DNA from: a virus
IMG/VR virus record: IMGVR_UViG_3300009161_006153
Location: 10,950 to 74,949 of that record
DNA length: 64,000 nt
Strand: one strand, 5' to 3'
A program made the translations under genes and the position numbers. Of this stretch, positions 27,559 to 37,898 are shown in pieces. Below the pieces are notes generated by a model. The model saw nothing but the letters and a program-made list of their open reading frames with translations, was not told where the DNA came from and did not search any database. Position 1 is the first letter of the stretch. Each line of letters opens with the position of its first letter.

Positions 27559-28344
27559 ATGCCCAGAAGAAAACCAAAACCTGAAAAAGTAATCCAGGAA
27601 AAAATAAAGGAAAGCTTGGACTCTATTATTATGGAGGAGTCTTTAGATTCTTTAGTTCTGAACACTGATGAGCTACCAAGATTAAAGACGACTGAAATGA
27701 TGAATTTCCTGGAGGAGAAAACAACAGCTTTAGCAGATGCACAGGCTCTTCTTGATTCTATATCTAAATTTTACGTGGATCCTGATGTTTATGGAAACAC
27801 TAGTCATATTGATCTGAAGAAGAAAATAGATGCTACTAATTTATCTGCAATGATGTTCCAATTAAAATCTGCACAGCATGCTATCGTAAAGCTCTTAGAG
27901 GAAATAGATCTGGGTAATGTACAACCAAGATTATTTGAAGTTCTAGCACAGTTGCAATCGCAGATCATGCAAATGCCTAAAGACCTCCAGCAGTACCTTG
28001 ATAAAATGGAGGGAAGCTATAAGAAAACAAAAATGGAGGTTGAGGAGAAAAGACTCTCCGGTGGTGTGGTAATGGAGCAGGAAGGATCTGATGGAAACTT
28101 CTCACCCGGAAAGATCTCAAATGTACCAGGCGGATTAAAATCTAGAGGAACTAAGGGACTGATGGAGGGATTGAGAGATATATTGGGGTCTGAAATAGTA
28201 GACGTAAAGCCATTAGAGGAAAATCCTAATTCAATAGTAAACGCCAGATTAAAAAAAGAGATGAATCAAACCAAAGAATCTGACTATGATAACGATGATA
28301 ACGGAACTTCAGATTTTACCTTAGAAGATGAAATTTTAGAATAA
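27559..28344 (+). CDS. Hypothetical protein, possibly terminase small subunit
   Basis: Coupled directly upstream of terL. Helical, with QPRLFEVLAQL resembling the T4 gp16 PR.(F/Y)EV motif. Confidence 0.5.
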   Translation: MPRRKPKPEKVIQEKIKESLDSIIMEESLDSLVLNTDELPRLKTTEMMNFLEEKTTALADAQALLDSISKFYVDPDVYGNTSHIDLKKKIDATNLSAMMFQLKSAQHAIVKLLEEIDLGNVQPRLFEVLAQLQSQIMQMPKDLQQYLDKMEGSYKKTKMEVEEKRLSGGVVMEQEGSDGNFSPGKISNVPGGLKSRGTKGLMEGLRDILGSEIVDVKPLEENPNSIVNARLKKEMNQTKESDYDNDDNGTSDFTLEDEILE

Positions 28345-30194
28345 TGCAAGATTTTTTAGAAGAAGAAATAGAATACTCTCAGGATTCCAGTTACTGGTCA
28401 ACCGAGAGAATTGACGATTTACTCAGAAGAGTTGACGAGGAGGGACTCGATTATAAAAGCGTAGAGAATCCTTTTTACGATAACAATCCTGATTTAAAAA
28501 GAGCAAATCTTTTATGGGAGTACACTAGTGAGGAGATAATAGAAATGAAGAAATGCGCTCAGGACGTAATATATTTTTCTAAGTATTGTCAAGTGATGAC
28601 CGATAACGGGCTCAACTTTTTAGACCTTAGAGACTACCAGCAATCTGTTCTTAGAGAATATCAATCCCATAGATTCAATGTTTTCCTTGCTCCTAGACAA
28701 GTAGGTAAATCGATAATATCCTCAGTTTTTCTAGTTTGGTATTTACTCTTCAATCACGATAAAAACGCTATGATCCTTGCAAACGTCGGGGACACCGCTG
28801 AAGAGCTAATGGACAAAATTAAAACAATAATAAAGGGATTGCCATTTTTTCTCAAACCGGGGATGCTTGTGAATAACGTGATGTCTATGAGATTTGATAA
28901 CGGGTGTAGAATATTAGCTAAAACAACAACTAAAACATCTGGTATTGGTTTTACCATCCATTTTTTGTACATGGATGAGTTTGCTCACATCAATCCAAAT
29001 TTTATAGAGGCTTTTTTCAGATCAACATACCCCACGGTGTCTTCGTCTAAGGTTTCTCGGATTATTGTAACATCTACACCTAATGGGTTAAATAAATTTT
29101 ATGAGATCTATCAAGGTGCTCTAGATTCGACTAACACGTTCAACCCAATACGTGTTGATTGGTGGCAAGTTCCAGGAAGGGATGAAGCATGGAAACAGGC
29201 AGAGATCGGAAACCTTGGAAGTGAGGAGCTTTTTAATCAAGAATATGGTAATCAATTCCTTAGCTCCTCCTCTTTGTTATTAGGATCAAACGAGCTTAAG
29301 AAAATAAAGTCAATAGAAACTGAATATTTCTGGAGAGAGCTAAGTCCCCTACATGATCTCGATCTCAACTATGAAAATCTTATTTGGCACCCTAAGTTTC
29401 AAATAGATCTTGCTAATTCTGGTGGTAAAAAATTTGTGTTGAGCATAGATCTGAGCGGGGGAGGAAAAGGTGATTTCACTGTGATTAATATTTTCAAAGC
29501 AACACCACTTCCGATGTCGATAATTGAAAAAATAACAACTTTCGATAATGAGACTGATTTTTTTGGCCTTGTGCAGGTAGGTGTTTTTAGAGACAATGAG
29601 ATCAAATTAGAGAATTTAGTAGAACTTGTAAATTCCTTAGTAGTAGACGTTCTTGGCTTAGAAAGAACAAAGCTTGTAATAGAGATGAACTATAAAGGAG
29701 AACTCCTTTATGATAAGTTGTGTCAGAATGATGATTTTTTTGACGGGATGTTTCTGTTTACGAAACACACAGAAAGCGCAAAAACATTAAAACCTGGTAT
29801 TAAGTACAACCAAAAAAACAAAATGCAGTATTGCGAATTGCTAAGAGGCCTAGTGAAAGAAAATAGGATCATGGTGAATGAAAAAAAATGGACAGTCCCT
29901 GAATTATTTACTTTTGGCTTAAATAATAGTGGAACCTACTCAAGCCAAACTGGACATGATGATGTGGCTATGACTCTAGTTAATCTATCGCCCTTATTTG
30001 AAGGTAGGGACTTTTCAGATTTAGTTGGGGAGCTTTATGATGAAATGGAGGGACCTTATAAAGAATTAATGCAGAAGAAAATAGAAGGAAGCGACCAATC
30101 TAATTCAGGATATAATCCAATGGATCCTTTTTCTAGAAGAAGTGTATCAACAAAAGAGGGAAAAAGCTATACAGATTTCAGTAAGCTCATTTAG
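28344..30194 (+). CDS. terL: Terminase large subunit (T4 gp17-like)
   Basis: LRDYQ, PRQVGKS, YMDEFAH, STPNG.N.FY, FNQEYG, IDLSGG..GDF and HDD.AM motifs. Confidence 0.95.
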   Translation: MQDFLEEEIEYSQDSSYWSTERIDDLLRRVDEEGLDYKSVENPFYDNNPDLKRANLLWEYTSEEIIEMKKCAQDVIYFSKYCQVMTDNGLNFLDLRDYQQSVLREYQSHRFNVFLAPRQVGKSIISSVFLVWYLLFNHDKNAMILANVGDTAEELMDKIKTIIKGLPFFLKPGMLVNNVMSMRFDNGCRILAKTTTKTSGIGFTIHFLYMDEFAHINPNFIEAFFRSTYPTVSSSKVSRIIVTSTPNGLNKFYEIYQGALDSTNTFNPIRVDWWQVPGRDEAWKQAEIGNLGSEELFNQEYGNQFLSSSSLLLGSNELKKIKSIETEYFWRELSPLHDLDLNYENLIWHPKFQIDLANSGGKKFVLSIDLSGGGKGDFTVINIFKATPLPMSIIEKITTFDNETDFFGLVQVGVFRDNEIKLENLVELVNSLVVDVLGLERTKLVIEMNYKGELLYDKLCQNDDFFDGMFLFTKHTESAKTLKPGIKYNQKNKMQYCELLRGLVKENRIMVNEKKWTVPELFTFGLNNSGTYSSQTGHDDVAMTLVNLSPLFEGRDFSDLVGELYDEMEGPYKELMQKKIEGSDQSNSGYNPMDPFSRRSVSTKEGKSYTDFSKLI

Positions 30195-30234
30195 AAGTAT
30201 CCCAAATCTCCCCCAATATTCATCTAGGTATTTT

Positions 30235-30242
30235 GATATATA
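30235..30242 (+). promoter_or_regulatory. Putative late promoter GATATATA
   Basis: Recurring motif upstream of the sheath gene. Confidence 0.7.
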
Positions 30243-30273
30243 CTTTAAGAAGAAAAAAACATCTTGAGTAATA

Positions 30274-33200
30274 ATGGCAAATAAGATAAAGATAGACTAT
30301 TCCCAGTTTAAAGCATCTGGTGTCTACACGCTTGAGTTTGATGCCTCGCAAAATGTCATCCTGACATCACAGACTATTAGACTAGTCGTAGGATTTTCAA
30401 ACAAAGGACCGTTTAACACACCTGTTTACATCCCAGACGCAACAACTCTGTTACAAGTCTACGGTGACATTGATCGGTCACTTGAAAATATGGGAAGCTT
30501 TTTCCAGAGATCAATCCTAACCTGTTTAAATACTGGACCTGTTTTTGGACTTAATTTATTGAAATTAAATGACGATTTAGATTCTTCTAATCCCGATATA
30601 GACACATATTTTTCATACTCATTAGATACTGAGCAGTCTAATGGTGTTTTAACAGAAGTACTTTATTCATCTTTCTATAATAAGGAAAGATTCTGGTTTG
30701 CTGACCCTAAGTATTTTTTAGCAACATTAAGCGTTCCTGATACAGGAAGATTGTTTAGCTTAACTAATTTAGGAAGAACCTCTGTAAGTGTTATTACTAG
30801 GAAATCAACCGATTCTTCTAGACCTCTTACTGGCTTTGATATCTTTGCTATAGATTGGTATGGTGCGGATAATGTTCCTACTTTTATGCACCCCTATGAT
30901 TACATATCAGATTACTTTATTGATGTGATAGCAGTATCAGGTAATTGGACAGACTACGCCTCTTTATCTGTTGATCCAAAGTGGGCATTTTGGTTTACCC
31001 CTAATGGTTTTATAAAAGACAGGATCGATTCCTTTTTAAATCAACAAGATGTGAATATAATCGCATCTGTTACGGGGTGTATCATTCCTGATTTCGTTAA
31101 CTTAAATGGTGTTAATCAGTATATCCAAACACTTGTAAATGCTCAGACCCCAACAACTGGATTATTCTGCGCTATAGACGAAAACGCTTTTGAAGACATT
31201 TGTAACAATCCTTTCAAGATAGATCTAGTTGGAAATAATCTAATTGATGAGCTTTCTGGGGATCGTGATTTAGCTAACCCGCAGCTTAATTTCTTAAGCT
31301 ACGATCAACCCCTTGTAACTGACCAATTATACACACAGAATGTGATAGGTGTAACAGGAAGTACTGGATACATCAGCCCTAATGGTGCCTCTGGATCCTA
31401 TTCAGGCGGTAAAGTCGGTACGCTCTTCACTATAAATTCAGGAGCCACAGCTGGTGTTATATACCAATCATTTCTGCCGTATAACTCCTCTTTATTTGAT
31501 GGGGGATTACACTATTTAGAGACAAGCGGTACTACCTCTGCAAATGGTGGTATATCTTCTGCTGCTCAAAAAAATGAGCTTAAATCATTTCTTACAGTAA
31601 ACACATCATCTGATCAAAAGTTTGTTTTAGGGGTAGTTACTGGACTTTCTGGAGCAACTGGATCTTTAATATCCCAGTTTTCTGAATATGATTTGGTAAA
31701 GCTTAAAGTAACAGGAACAAGAGATGTTAGTGGTGAGCTTAGAATTATTTGGAGTCATCCTTTAGATACGGCAACATACAGAGCTCAAGGAATTGTTATC
31801 GCTCCTACATATACATTGACTTCTTATAATACAGGTGCATCGGGAAGTAACAAGCCATTCTGGACGGATGCTTATCAATTTGGAGACTCTGACTTTGTTG
31901 ATGTAGTAAACACACAAACACCAGCAGGGGTAACTGGACCTAATGCTCCTATAGGTTATTCAAATGTTTTACAAGGGTATATCAATACGACACTATACTC
32001 TGATGTTGAATATGAGGTTTTAGCTGACGGCGATGAGATTTGGCTGAATTCTGCCGGGTCATCAGTTCAGTATTTAAGTTTTGAAAAACAAGTAGATAAG
32101 GATCAGTTTAACTATGTAAACTCAAGAGCTCATACAAGTAACTCTCTAACAGGTGTTTCCATCACTAACGTACCTTCTTTTGGGTCGATGTACGCAAGTG
32201 ACAACATAGGATTCACGGTGTCATATAATAAATTTGATATTGTTTCTGCTAACGGTAATATAAACGATTTTATAGATTGTACAAGAGAGGATGTTACAAC
32301 CTTCTTAGTAAGCGAGCTTCCTGATGGATCAGTACCTTTCTCTGTTGGCGATTTGGTTGTTTCTACCGATTTAAACATATGTACTCCAACTACAGGAAAT
32401 AGACAAAACAGATTAGCTAAAATTACCGTAGTTTCAAGAACAACAACTTCTGGAGTTTATAGAGTAATATCAGCTAGACCTGTTTTATACTACTCTGGAG
32501 ATGGCGGGGGATTAAGAGTTCAGAAATTTTTCTCTATTGCTCAATTTACAAGATCTTTTGATTTCACATACCTTGCTGGATTTACCTTGCAAGATACACA
32601 CAAGCCAAATGGATCGGATGCTAGAGTTGAACAGATCTTAGATGTTCTTTATGATACAAATCTTGCTAAGACCCTTGCACAGAAGGATGTTATCTCCTTC
32701 CGCTACATAATAGATTCGTTTAACGGAATAATCGGGCCTAGCTCTAAATTCCAATATAGCAGATTGGCACAATTGAGACAACAGGCTTTGGCAATAATAA
32801 ATGCTCCATCTATGGCACAGTTCCAGGAGAGCACAGATCCTAGATTTACAAATGCACCTACTGCGACGAATCCGTACCCTACTTTAAACACAGCCTACAT
32901 AGCCTCTGGCGGTAATCTTTCACTAAATCCAAGCTATACCTTTAGTTTACCTACAGAAGGCGATGGAGCTAAGTTTGCAGCCTTTTATGCACCCTACATA
33001 ACTATCAGGGAGAATAATAAAAACATAAACGTTCCTCCTTCGGCTTACGTTTCGAACAACTTCGTAAGAAAATTTGCTAACGGAGAACCTTATGCAATTG
33101 TTGCAGGGCAGAAAAGAGGAGCTATAAGCGGGGGAAGTATAGTAGGACTTGAATATGATTTTAGCACAGAAGATAGAGAAAATTTAGAGCCTTTTGGAAT

Positions 33201-33618
33201 AAATCCAATCATTAAGAAGAGAGGTATAGGAGTAGTTATCTTTGGAAATCAGACAGCATACCAAACTGTAAATTCTGCTTTCAATCTTGTTCATGTTAGA
33301 GATTTATTGATAAGCATTGAAAGTGATGTTGAAACGATATTGGCTAACTATTTGTTTGATTTTAACGATGACTCAATTAGACTTGAAATTAAAACACTTG
33401 TTGATAATTATCTAGATGGTGTAAGATCGGGAGGGGGAGTTTACGCCTACCAAACAATAATGGATGCATCTAATAATACCCCTGCTATCATTGATATGAA
33501 TATGGGTGTAATCGATGTAATAATAGAACCAGCTAGAGGAATACAGAAGTTCATAAACAGAGTAACAGTAACAAGAACTGGGGGAATAGCAGCGGGTGGA
33601 TTCGTACAGTTCGTTTAA
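30274..33618 (+). CDS. gp18: Contractile tail sheath protein (gp18-like) with a large insertion
   Basis: SGVYTLEFD, GFSNKGPFNTPV, VPPSAYV, GINPI, GNQT and HVRDLL motifs. Confidence 0.92.
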   Translation: MANKIKIDYSQFKASGVYTLEFDASQNVILTSQTIRLVVGFSNKGPFNTPVYIPDATTLLQVYGDIDRSLENMGSFFQRSILTCLNTGPVFGLNLLKLNDDLDSSNPDIDTYFSYSLDTEQSNGVLTEVLYSSFYNKERFWFADPKYFLATLSVPDTGRLFSLTNLGRTSVSVITRKSTDSSRPLTGFDIFAIDWYGADNVPTFMHPYDYISDYFIDVIAVSGNWTDYASLSVDPKWAFWFTPNGFIKDRIDSFLNQQDVNIIASVTGCIIPDFVNLNGVNQYIQTLVNAQTPTTGLFCAIDENAFEDICNNPFKIDLVGNNLIDELSGDRDLANPQLNFLSYDQPLVTDQLYTQNVIGVTGSTGYISPNGASGSYSGGKVGTLFTINSGATAGVIYQSFLPYNSSLFDGGLHYLETSGTTSANGGISSAAQKNELKSFLTVNTSSDQKFVLGVVTGLSGATGSLISQFSEYDLVKLKVTGTRDVSGELRIIWSHPLDTATYRAQGIVIAPTYTLTSYNTGASGSNKPFWTDAYQFGDSDFVDVVNTQTPAGVTGPNAPIGYSNVLQGYINTTLYSDVEYEVLADGDEIWLNSAGSSVQYLSFEKQVDKDQFNYVNSRAHTSNSLTGVSITNVPSFGSMYASDNIGFTVSYNKFDIVSANGNINDFIDCTREDVTTFLVSELPDGSVPFSVGDLVVSTDLNICTPTTGNRQNRLAKITVVSRTTTSGVYRVISARPVLYYSGDGGGLRVQKFFSIAQFTRSFDFTYLAGFTLQDTHKPNGSDARVEQILDVLYDTNLAKTLAQKDVISFRYIIDSFNGIIGPSSKFQYSRLAQLRQQALAIINAPSMAQFQESTDPRFTNAPTATNPYPTLNTAYIASGGNLSLNPSYTFSLPTEGDGAKFAAFYAPYITIRENNKNINVPPSAYVSNNFVRKFANGEPYAIVAGQKRGAISGGSIVGLEYDFSTEDRENLEPFGINPIIKKRGIGVVIFGNQTAYQTVNSAFNLVHVRDLLISIESDVETILANYLFDFNDDSIRLEIKTLVDNYLDGVRSGGGVYAYQTIMDASNNTPAIIDMNMGVIDVIIEPARGIQKFINRVTVTRTGGIAAGGFVQFV

Positions 33619-33658
33619 TCGAATTTTATAAATCTAGAGACAAAAGATAAATAAACAA

Positions 33659-34213
33659 ATGGCAGGCTTACCACACTATCAAAATTCGCTATCAGCGATT
33701 AATAAATTTGAACCGGTTTATTTAAACCAGTTCGAGATTACTATCTTACCCCCAGCTGCTGTTGTTGGTGGTGAGATTCTTTTGCAACATGTTACAAAGG
33801 TTAGTGGTCTTTCTCTAGATAAAAATCCAGGTTTAGCTACTCAGAAATACAAATTTGCCAAAAGAAATTATGCTGGGGCTAAACCAGATAACACATACAT
33901 GGATTTAAGTTTAACTTTTACCGTTAACTTGAACGATGCCAACTCTATGTATGTCTTTAAAACATTAAGACAATGGTCTGATTTGGTCTACAATCCTTTA
34001 ACTGGTGCTATGGGCTTAAAAACGGATTACACTGGAACTATAGTGGTCTCGATATTTAATAAGACCGGCGACGTTTTTAGAAGAATAACTTGCAGGGACA
34101 CTTATCCGACCAAACCGATAACAGCGATGAACCTTAATTATACCTCGGCAGATATTTTTAAGATAACTGATATGGTCTGGGCAGTAGATTACTGGGATGA
34201 TCAATTCCTTTAA
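33659..34213 (+). CDS. gp19: Tail tube protein (gp19-like), paralog 1
   Basis: Follows the sheath gene. EPVYLNQFE, LRQWSDLVYNPLTG.MGLKTDY and DYW motifs. Late promoter GATAAATA at 33646. Confidence 0.78.
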   Translation: MAGLPHYQNSLSAINKFEPVYLNQFEITILPPAAVVGGEILLQHVTKVSGLSLDKNPGLATQKYKFAKRNYAGAKPDNTYMDLSLTFTVNLNDANSMYVFKTLRQWSDLVYNPLTGAMGLKTDYTGTIVVSIFNKTGDVFRRITCRDTYPTKPITAMNLNYTSADIFKITDMVWAVDYWDDQFL

Positions 34214-34229
34214 AAAAGCAATATAAAAA

Positions 34230-34805
34230 ATGGCTGGTTTACCACATTATACAAATTCTAGGGCAGCAATAAACAACTTCGAACCTGTTTATTTAAATCA
34301 ATTTGAGGTTTTAATAAACCCTCCCTCTGGCATCGTAGATTCTAGTTTATCCTTTAGAGGTGAACAGATCTTAACCCAACAGGTGAAAAGTATAACTGGT
34401 TTAGCTGTTGATATCTTACCAAATGATTCAGTTACTCAGAATTATAAATTTGCATCTAGACGTTATGCAGGGGGTGAACCATCTACATCTGATATGACCC
34501 TAGCTATTGAGTTTGAGATAAATCTAAATGATGCAAACTCGATGACTGTTTATAAAATTTTAAGGCAATGGTCTGATTTAATATACAATCCTCTAACTGG
34601 TGCAATGGGACTAAAAACAGATTATGTTGGTTCAATGCTCATCTCGATTTTCAATAAAAGAGGGGACGTTTTTAGAAGGATCAGAATACCTTCTTGTTTT
34701 TTAAGCCAGGCCATAAATTCCATGGAGCTCGACTATGAGAATGCTGGAATCTATACAGTAACAGGTAATTGGATCTGTGACTACTGGGAAGATACTTTTC
34801 TCTAA
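34230..34805 (+). CDS. Tail tube protein (gp19-like), paralog 2
   Basis: Strongly similar to the upstream ORF (MAGLPHY, EPVYLNQFE, LRQWSDL.YNPLTGAMGLKTDY). Confidence 0.75.
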   Translation: MAGLPHYTNSRAAINNFEPVYLNQFEVLINPPSGIVDSSLSFRGEQILTQQVKSITGLAVDILPNDSVTQNYKFASRRYAGGEPSTSDMTLAIEFEINLNDANSMTVYKILRQWSDLIYNPLTGAMGLKTDYVGSMLISIFNKRGDVFRRIRIPSCFLSQAINSMELDYENAGIYTVTGNWICDYWEDTFL

Positions 34806-34856
34806 TTTTTGACTACTTTTCCATTTTTTGGTATATAATACATAAAATCTAAATTT

Positions 34857-35924
34857 ATGTACGACAATTTTTTGTCCCCCGAAGAGATTCTAAGAAAAAA
34901 AGAAATGGACGGAGGATTTATTTACGATGATTTATCCGAGGATAAATCACAAGGATCTGCCAATGATGAAACCTCGCAAGATCCTGTAAAAAATAATCTG
35001 GGTAACCCTGATCCTAAACCTTTGATTAAGGAGAAGCAAATACCAAATCTAGGTAAGGCAGTTTCTGCAGCACCACACATAGCATCTGATGGCGGGTGGA
35101 AAAATCTACCTATTAGTATTATACCTACTGGTGGAATTTTTTATCCTGATGAAACAACTATGGCTATACGAGCTGCAGAGGTTAGGGAGATAAGGCATTT
35201 CTCCACCGTTGATGAGGACGATCTATTAGACCTTGAAGAAAAATTAAGTTTTATATTAGACCGATGTTTAAGAATTAAATTTCCAAACGAGGGAGTTTTA
35301 TCTTATAAAGACCTGAAACAGGAGGATAGGTTTTTTATCATTATGGCTATCAGAGATTTGACCTTTGTGAAAGGTGAAAATTCTATATTACTTAAATCTA
35401 AGAAAGGATGTAATACAGCGGATTGTCCATTTAAAGATGGAATAGAATTAAGGACTGGTGTATTAACATCGTACAAATTGGACGAAAAAATTCTTACTTG
35501 CTATAATAAAAATTCTCTCTGCTTTGATTTCACAATTAAAAAGACAGGCAAAACTGTAAAAATGTTTATTCCTAGTATTGGTGTAACCCAAGAAATCACT
35601 AAGTACATAAAGGAAGCATCGAAGAAAAATATTCAGCTTGATGATGGATTTTTAAGAATAGCACCTTTCATTTTCGAAGATTGGAGGGATTTAACTTTTG
35701 AATCATTTGTAAACAGAATGAGGGAAAGCGATTACTGGAGTAAGGAAGAATACAACGTTTACTTTGAGCTTTCAGAGAGGATAAAAGTTGGAACTAAAAT
35801 GCATGTCAGTCAAATCTGTCAAGTGTGCGGTGGAACGGAGGTCACCGCAGATATAACATTTCCCGGAGGGATCAGATCTCTTTTCCTTGTTTCAGATATC
35901 TTTGGGGAACTTCTTCGACCTTAA
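34857..35924 (+). CDS. Baseplate hub/tail assembly chaperone (gp26-like)
   Basis: IPT.G.FYP, IRAA.V.EI, DRFFI..AIR.LT, zinc-type CxxxxC and CxxC motifs. Lies between the tube genes and the tape-measure-like gene. Confidence 0.6.
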   Translation: MYDNFLSPEEILRKKEMDGGFIYDDLSEDKSQGSANDETSQDPVKNNLGNPDPKPLIKEKQIPNLGKAVSAAPHIASDGGWKNLPISIIPTGGIFYPDETTMAIRAAEVREIRHFSTVDEDDLLDLEEKLSFILDRCLRIKFPNEGVLSYKDLKQEDRFFIIMAIRDLTFVKGENSILLKSKKGCNTADCPFKDGIELRTGVLTSYKLDEKILTCYNKNSLCFDFTIKKTGKTVKMFIPSIGVTQEITKYIKEASKKNIQLDDGFLRIAPFIFEDWRDLTFESFVNRMRESDYWSKEEYNVYFELSERIKVGTKMHVSQICQVCGGTEVTADITFPGGIRSLFLVSDIFGELLRP

Positions 35925-36099
35925 ATTTAGGCTCTGGAACGAGCACGGGTTAAATCCCGATTGGATTGAAAGTATTCCTTTTTATGAATATCAAATTTGG
36001 ATAGAGAAGCTTAATGATGTTATAGAAAAACAAAACGAGGAATCCCTTGAGGGCGAGGGTAAAAAACAACTTTTCAGTTTTAGTAAGAAGGGAAGGTAA
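35887..36099 (+). CDS. Small tail assembly chaperone partner (gp51-like), possibly made by frameshift from the upstream ORF
   Basis: IESIPFYEYQIWIEKL motif. Overlaps the upstream ORF in the +1 frame and has only a weak TTG start. Confidence 0.55.
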   Translation: MFQISLGNFFDLKFRLWNEHGLNPDWIESIPFYEYQIWIEKLNDVIEKQNEESLEGEGKKQLFSFSKKGR

Positions 36100-36126
36100 A
36101 TATATACAAAAAGACTTTAAACATAG

Positions 36127-37842
36127 ATGGCCAGTGATATCAATTCTAAAGTTGCTTCACAATTATTAGATCTTAATAGAAATTTAGATAAGCTTACTGC
36201 TGAGGTAAAGAAAAACACACAGGCTACAAAAGAATATGCTACACAGCAGGAAGGAACCCCACCAGAGAATGAAAATATTAAATCCATTGCAGATTCTCTT
36301 AAAGGATTAGATGGTTTAAAGGAAATAGCGGATAATTTAAAAAAATTAGATTTGGCTGGTATATCTGAGAAGTTATCTGGTATACCTAAATCCTTTGATA
36401 ATATTTTAGGAGGTGGTAAATTTAATCTAGGCGATATAGCCCAAAAATTTACAGAAAATAAAAAATCAGGATTTGATGTTAATAAGATACTTGGTGCATT
36501 TGCTGAAGGTGGTGTAGCAAAGAAAGAAGGGAATTATCTTGTTGGTGAGAAAGGTCCGGAGATAGTGAAACTTGATGCTGGCTCAGCTGTTATACCTTTA
36601 GATTCTAAAGATCTGATCAATGGTCTTTCTGAGATTCCTGAGATTGCAAAGTCTATAAAATCTAAGGAGATCAATCTTTTCGGGGATCTGGATAAACCTG
36701 GAATTATTCTCGGTGGAATAGAGAATATTAAAAATAGAATTTCGCTAAATAAGCTTAGAGAAAAATACGAGGAGGATTTAATAGACCAAGAGGGGTTAGA
36801 AAAAGATAAGCAAAATCCAGAGGTGCTTAAGAAGCTTGAGAAACAAAATGATATTATACAAAAAATAATAGATTATAGTGGTAATAAAGTTCAGAATGAA
36901 CTAAACGCTACTAATAAAGAGTATTACGATTTATACAAAAAAGAACTGCCGAATGGACTATCGAAAGATGATCTAGTGTCTTTTAATAAAATATGGGATT
37001 CGATTTTAGGAGGATTGCCCCCTGGATCTGTAAACGATCTAACCACATCTAAGGGCCGTTTATTAGCAACCAAGATGCTTCTCAATGACAAGAAAAATGC
37101 ATCTTCCTCTGTGGAATCCTCCGATGGTTCTACGGCTAAAGGTCAGCTTGGTGACAAATCAGAAGACACGAAAAAAAGCTCAGGTGATGTTTTACCTGGT
37201 GGGGAATCTGCAGTTAAAAATACTCCCGACGGACTTTTAAAATCTGAAAAGATTGTTACTGGTGGGGTACCCAAAGTTTCTTCACCAGAGCAAGGGGATT
37301 CGTCTTCCCCTAAAAAAACTGGTTCAGATATAATCTCAGATTCTGGTGGTAATGAGGCAGGTGATTCCCTTAAATCTATAGTAAAAGGTCAAGCTGACAA
37401 ATTGATTTCTAAAATAATTCCAGGTGAAAAAACAAGAGGAATTGTCTCTGGAGGTTTAGATGAGCTACTTTCATCTGGAGGTTCAGAAAATAAGAAGAGT
37501 CTAACCAATCTTGCCACAAAAGCACCTTCTCCAAAACCACCAGATCTATCTGGTGATCTTAAAGGCCTGACTAGTGAAATATCTGGTCTTGTCAAGTCAA
37601 ATGTAGAAACAGTGAAATCTAAAATTTCAGATAAAGTTTCGGGATTGGGCGGAAAAATATCTGAGAAAATTTCGGGGGGATCGAAACAAAATGTTTCGGA
37701 GGGAGATACAACTCCTATGAACTTAAACGAATCGATGGAGCAAATAAAAAGCTTACTTTCTAGAATGGCTGTTTCTTTAGAAGGGCCTTTAGAAGTAACC
37801 CCGTTAGATTCTCCTTTTAGACCAAATTCAAGAAAGGTTTAA
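36127..37842 (+). CDS. Tape-measure/baseplate-hub-like protein
   Basis: FAEGGV....NYLVGEKGPEIV motif typical of tape measure proteins. Follows the chaperone pair. Late promoter at 36099. Confidence 0.55.
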   Translation: MASDINSKVASQLLDLNRNLDKLTAEVKKNTQATKEYATQQEGTPPENENIKSIADSLKGLDGLKEIADNLKKLDLAGISEKLSGIPKSFDNILGGGKFNLGDIAQKFTENKKSGFDVNKILGAFAEGGVAKKEGNYLVGEKGPEIVKLDAGSAVIPLDSKDLINGLSEIPEIAKSIKSKEINLFGDLDKPGIILGGIENIKNRISLNKLREKYEEDLIDQEGLEKDKQNPEVLKKLEKQNDIIQKIIDYSGNKVQNELNATNKEYYDLYKKELPNGLSKDDLVSFNKIWDSILGGLPPGSVNDLTTSKGRLLATKMLLNDKKNASSSVESSDGSTAKGQLGDKSEDTKKSSGDVLPGGESAVKNTPDGLLKSEKIVTGGVPKVSSPEQGDSSSPKKTGSDIISDSGGNEAGDSLKSIVKGQADKLISKIIPGEKTRGIVSGGLDELLSSGGSENKKSLTNLATKAPSPKPPDLSGDLKGLTSEISGLVKSNVETVKSKISDKVSGLGGKISEKISGGSKQNVSEGDTTPMNLNESMEQIKSLLSRMAVSLEGPLEVTPLDSPFRPNSRKV

Positions 37843-37898
37843 AAAAAGATTTTTTTAGTTCAAATTTTTTTTTTACATTTATTTCTTAATCCCTAAGA

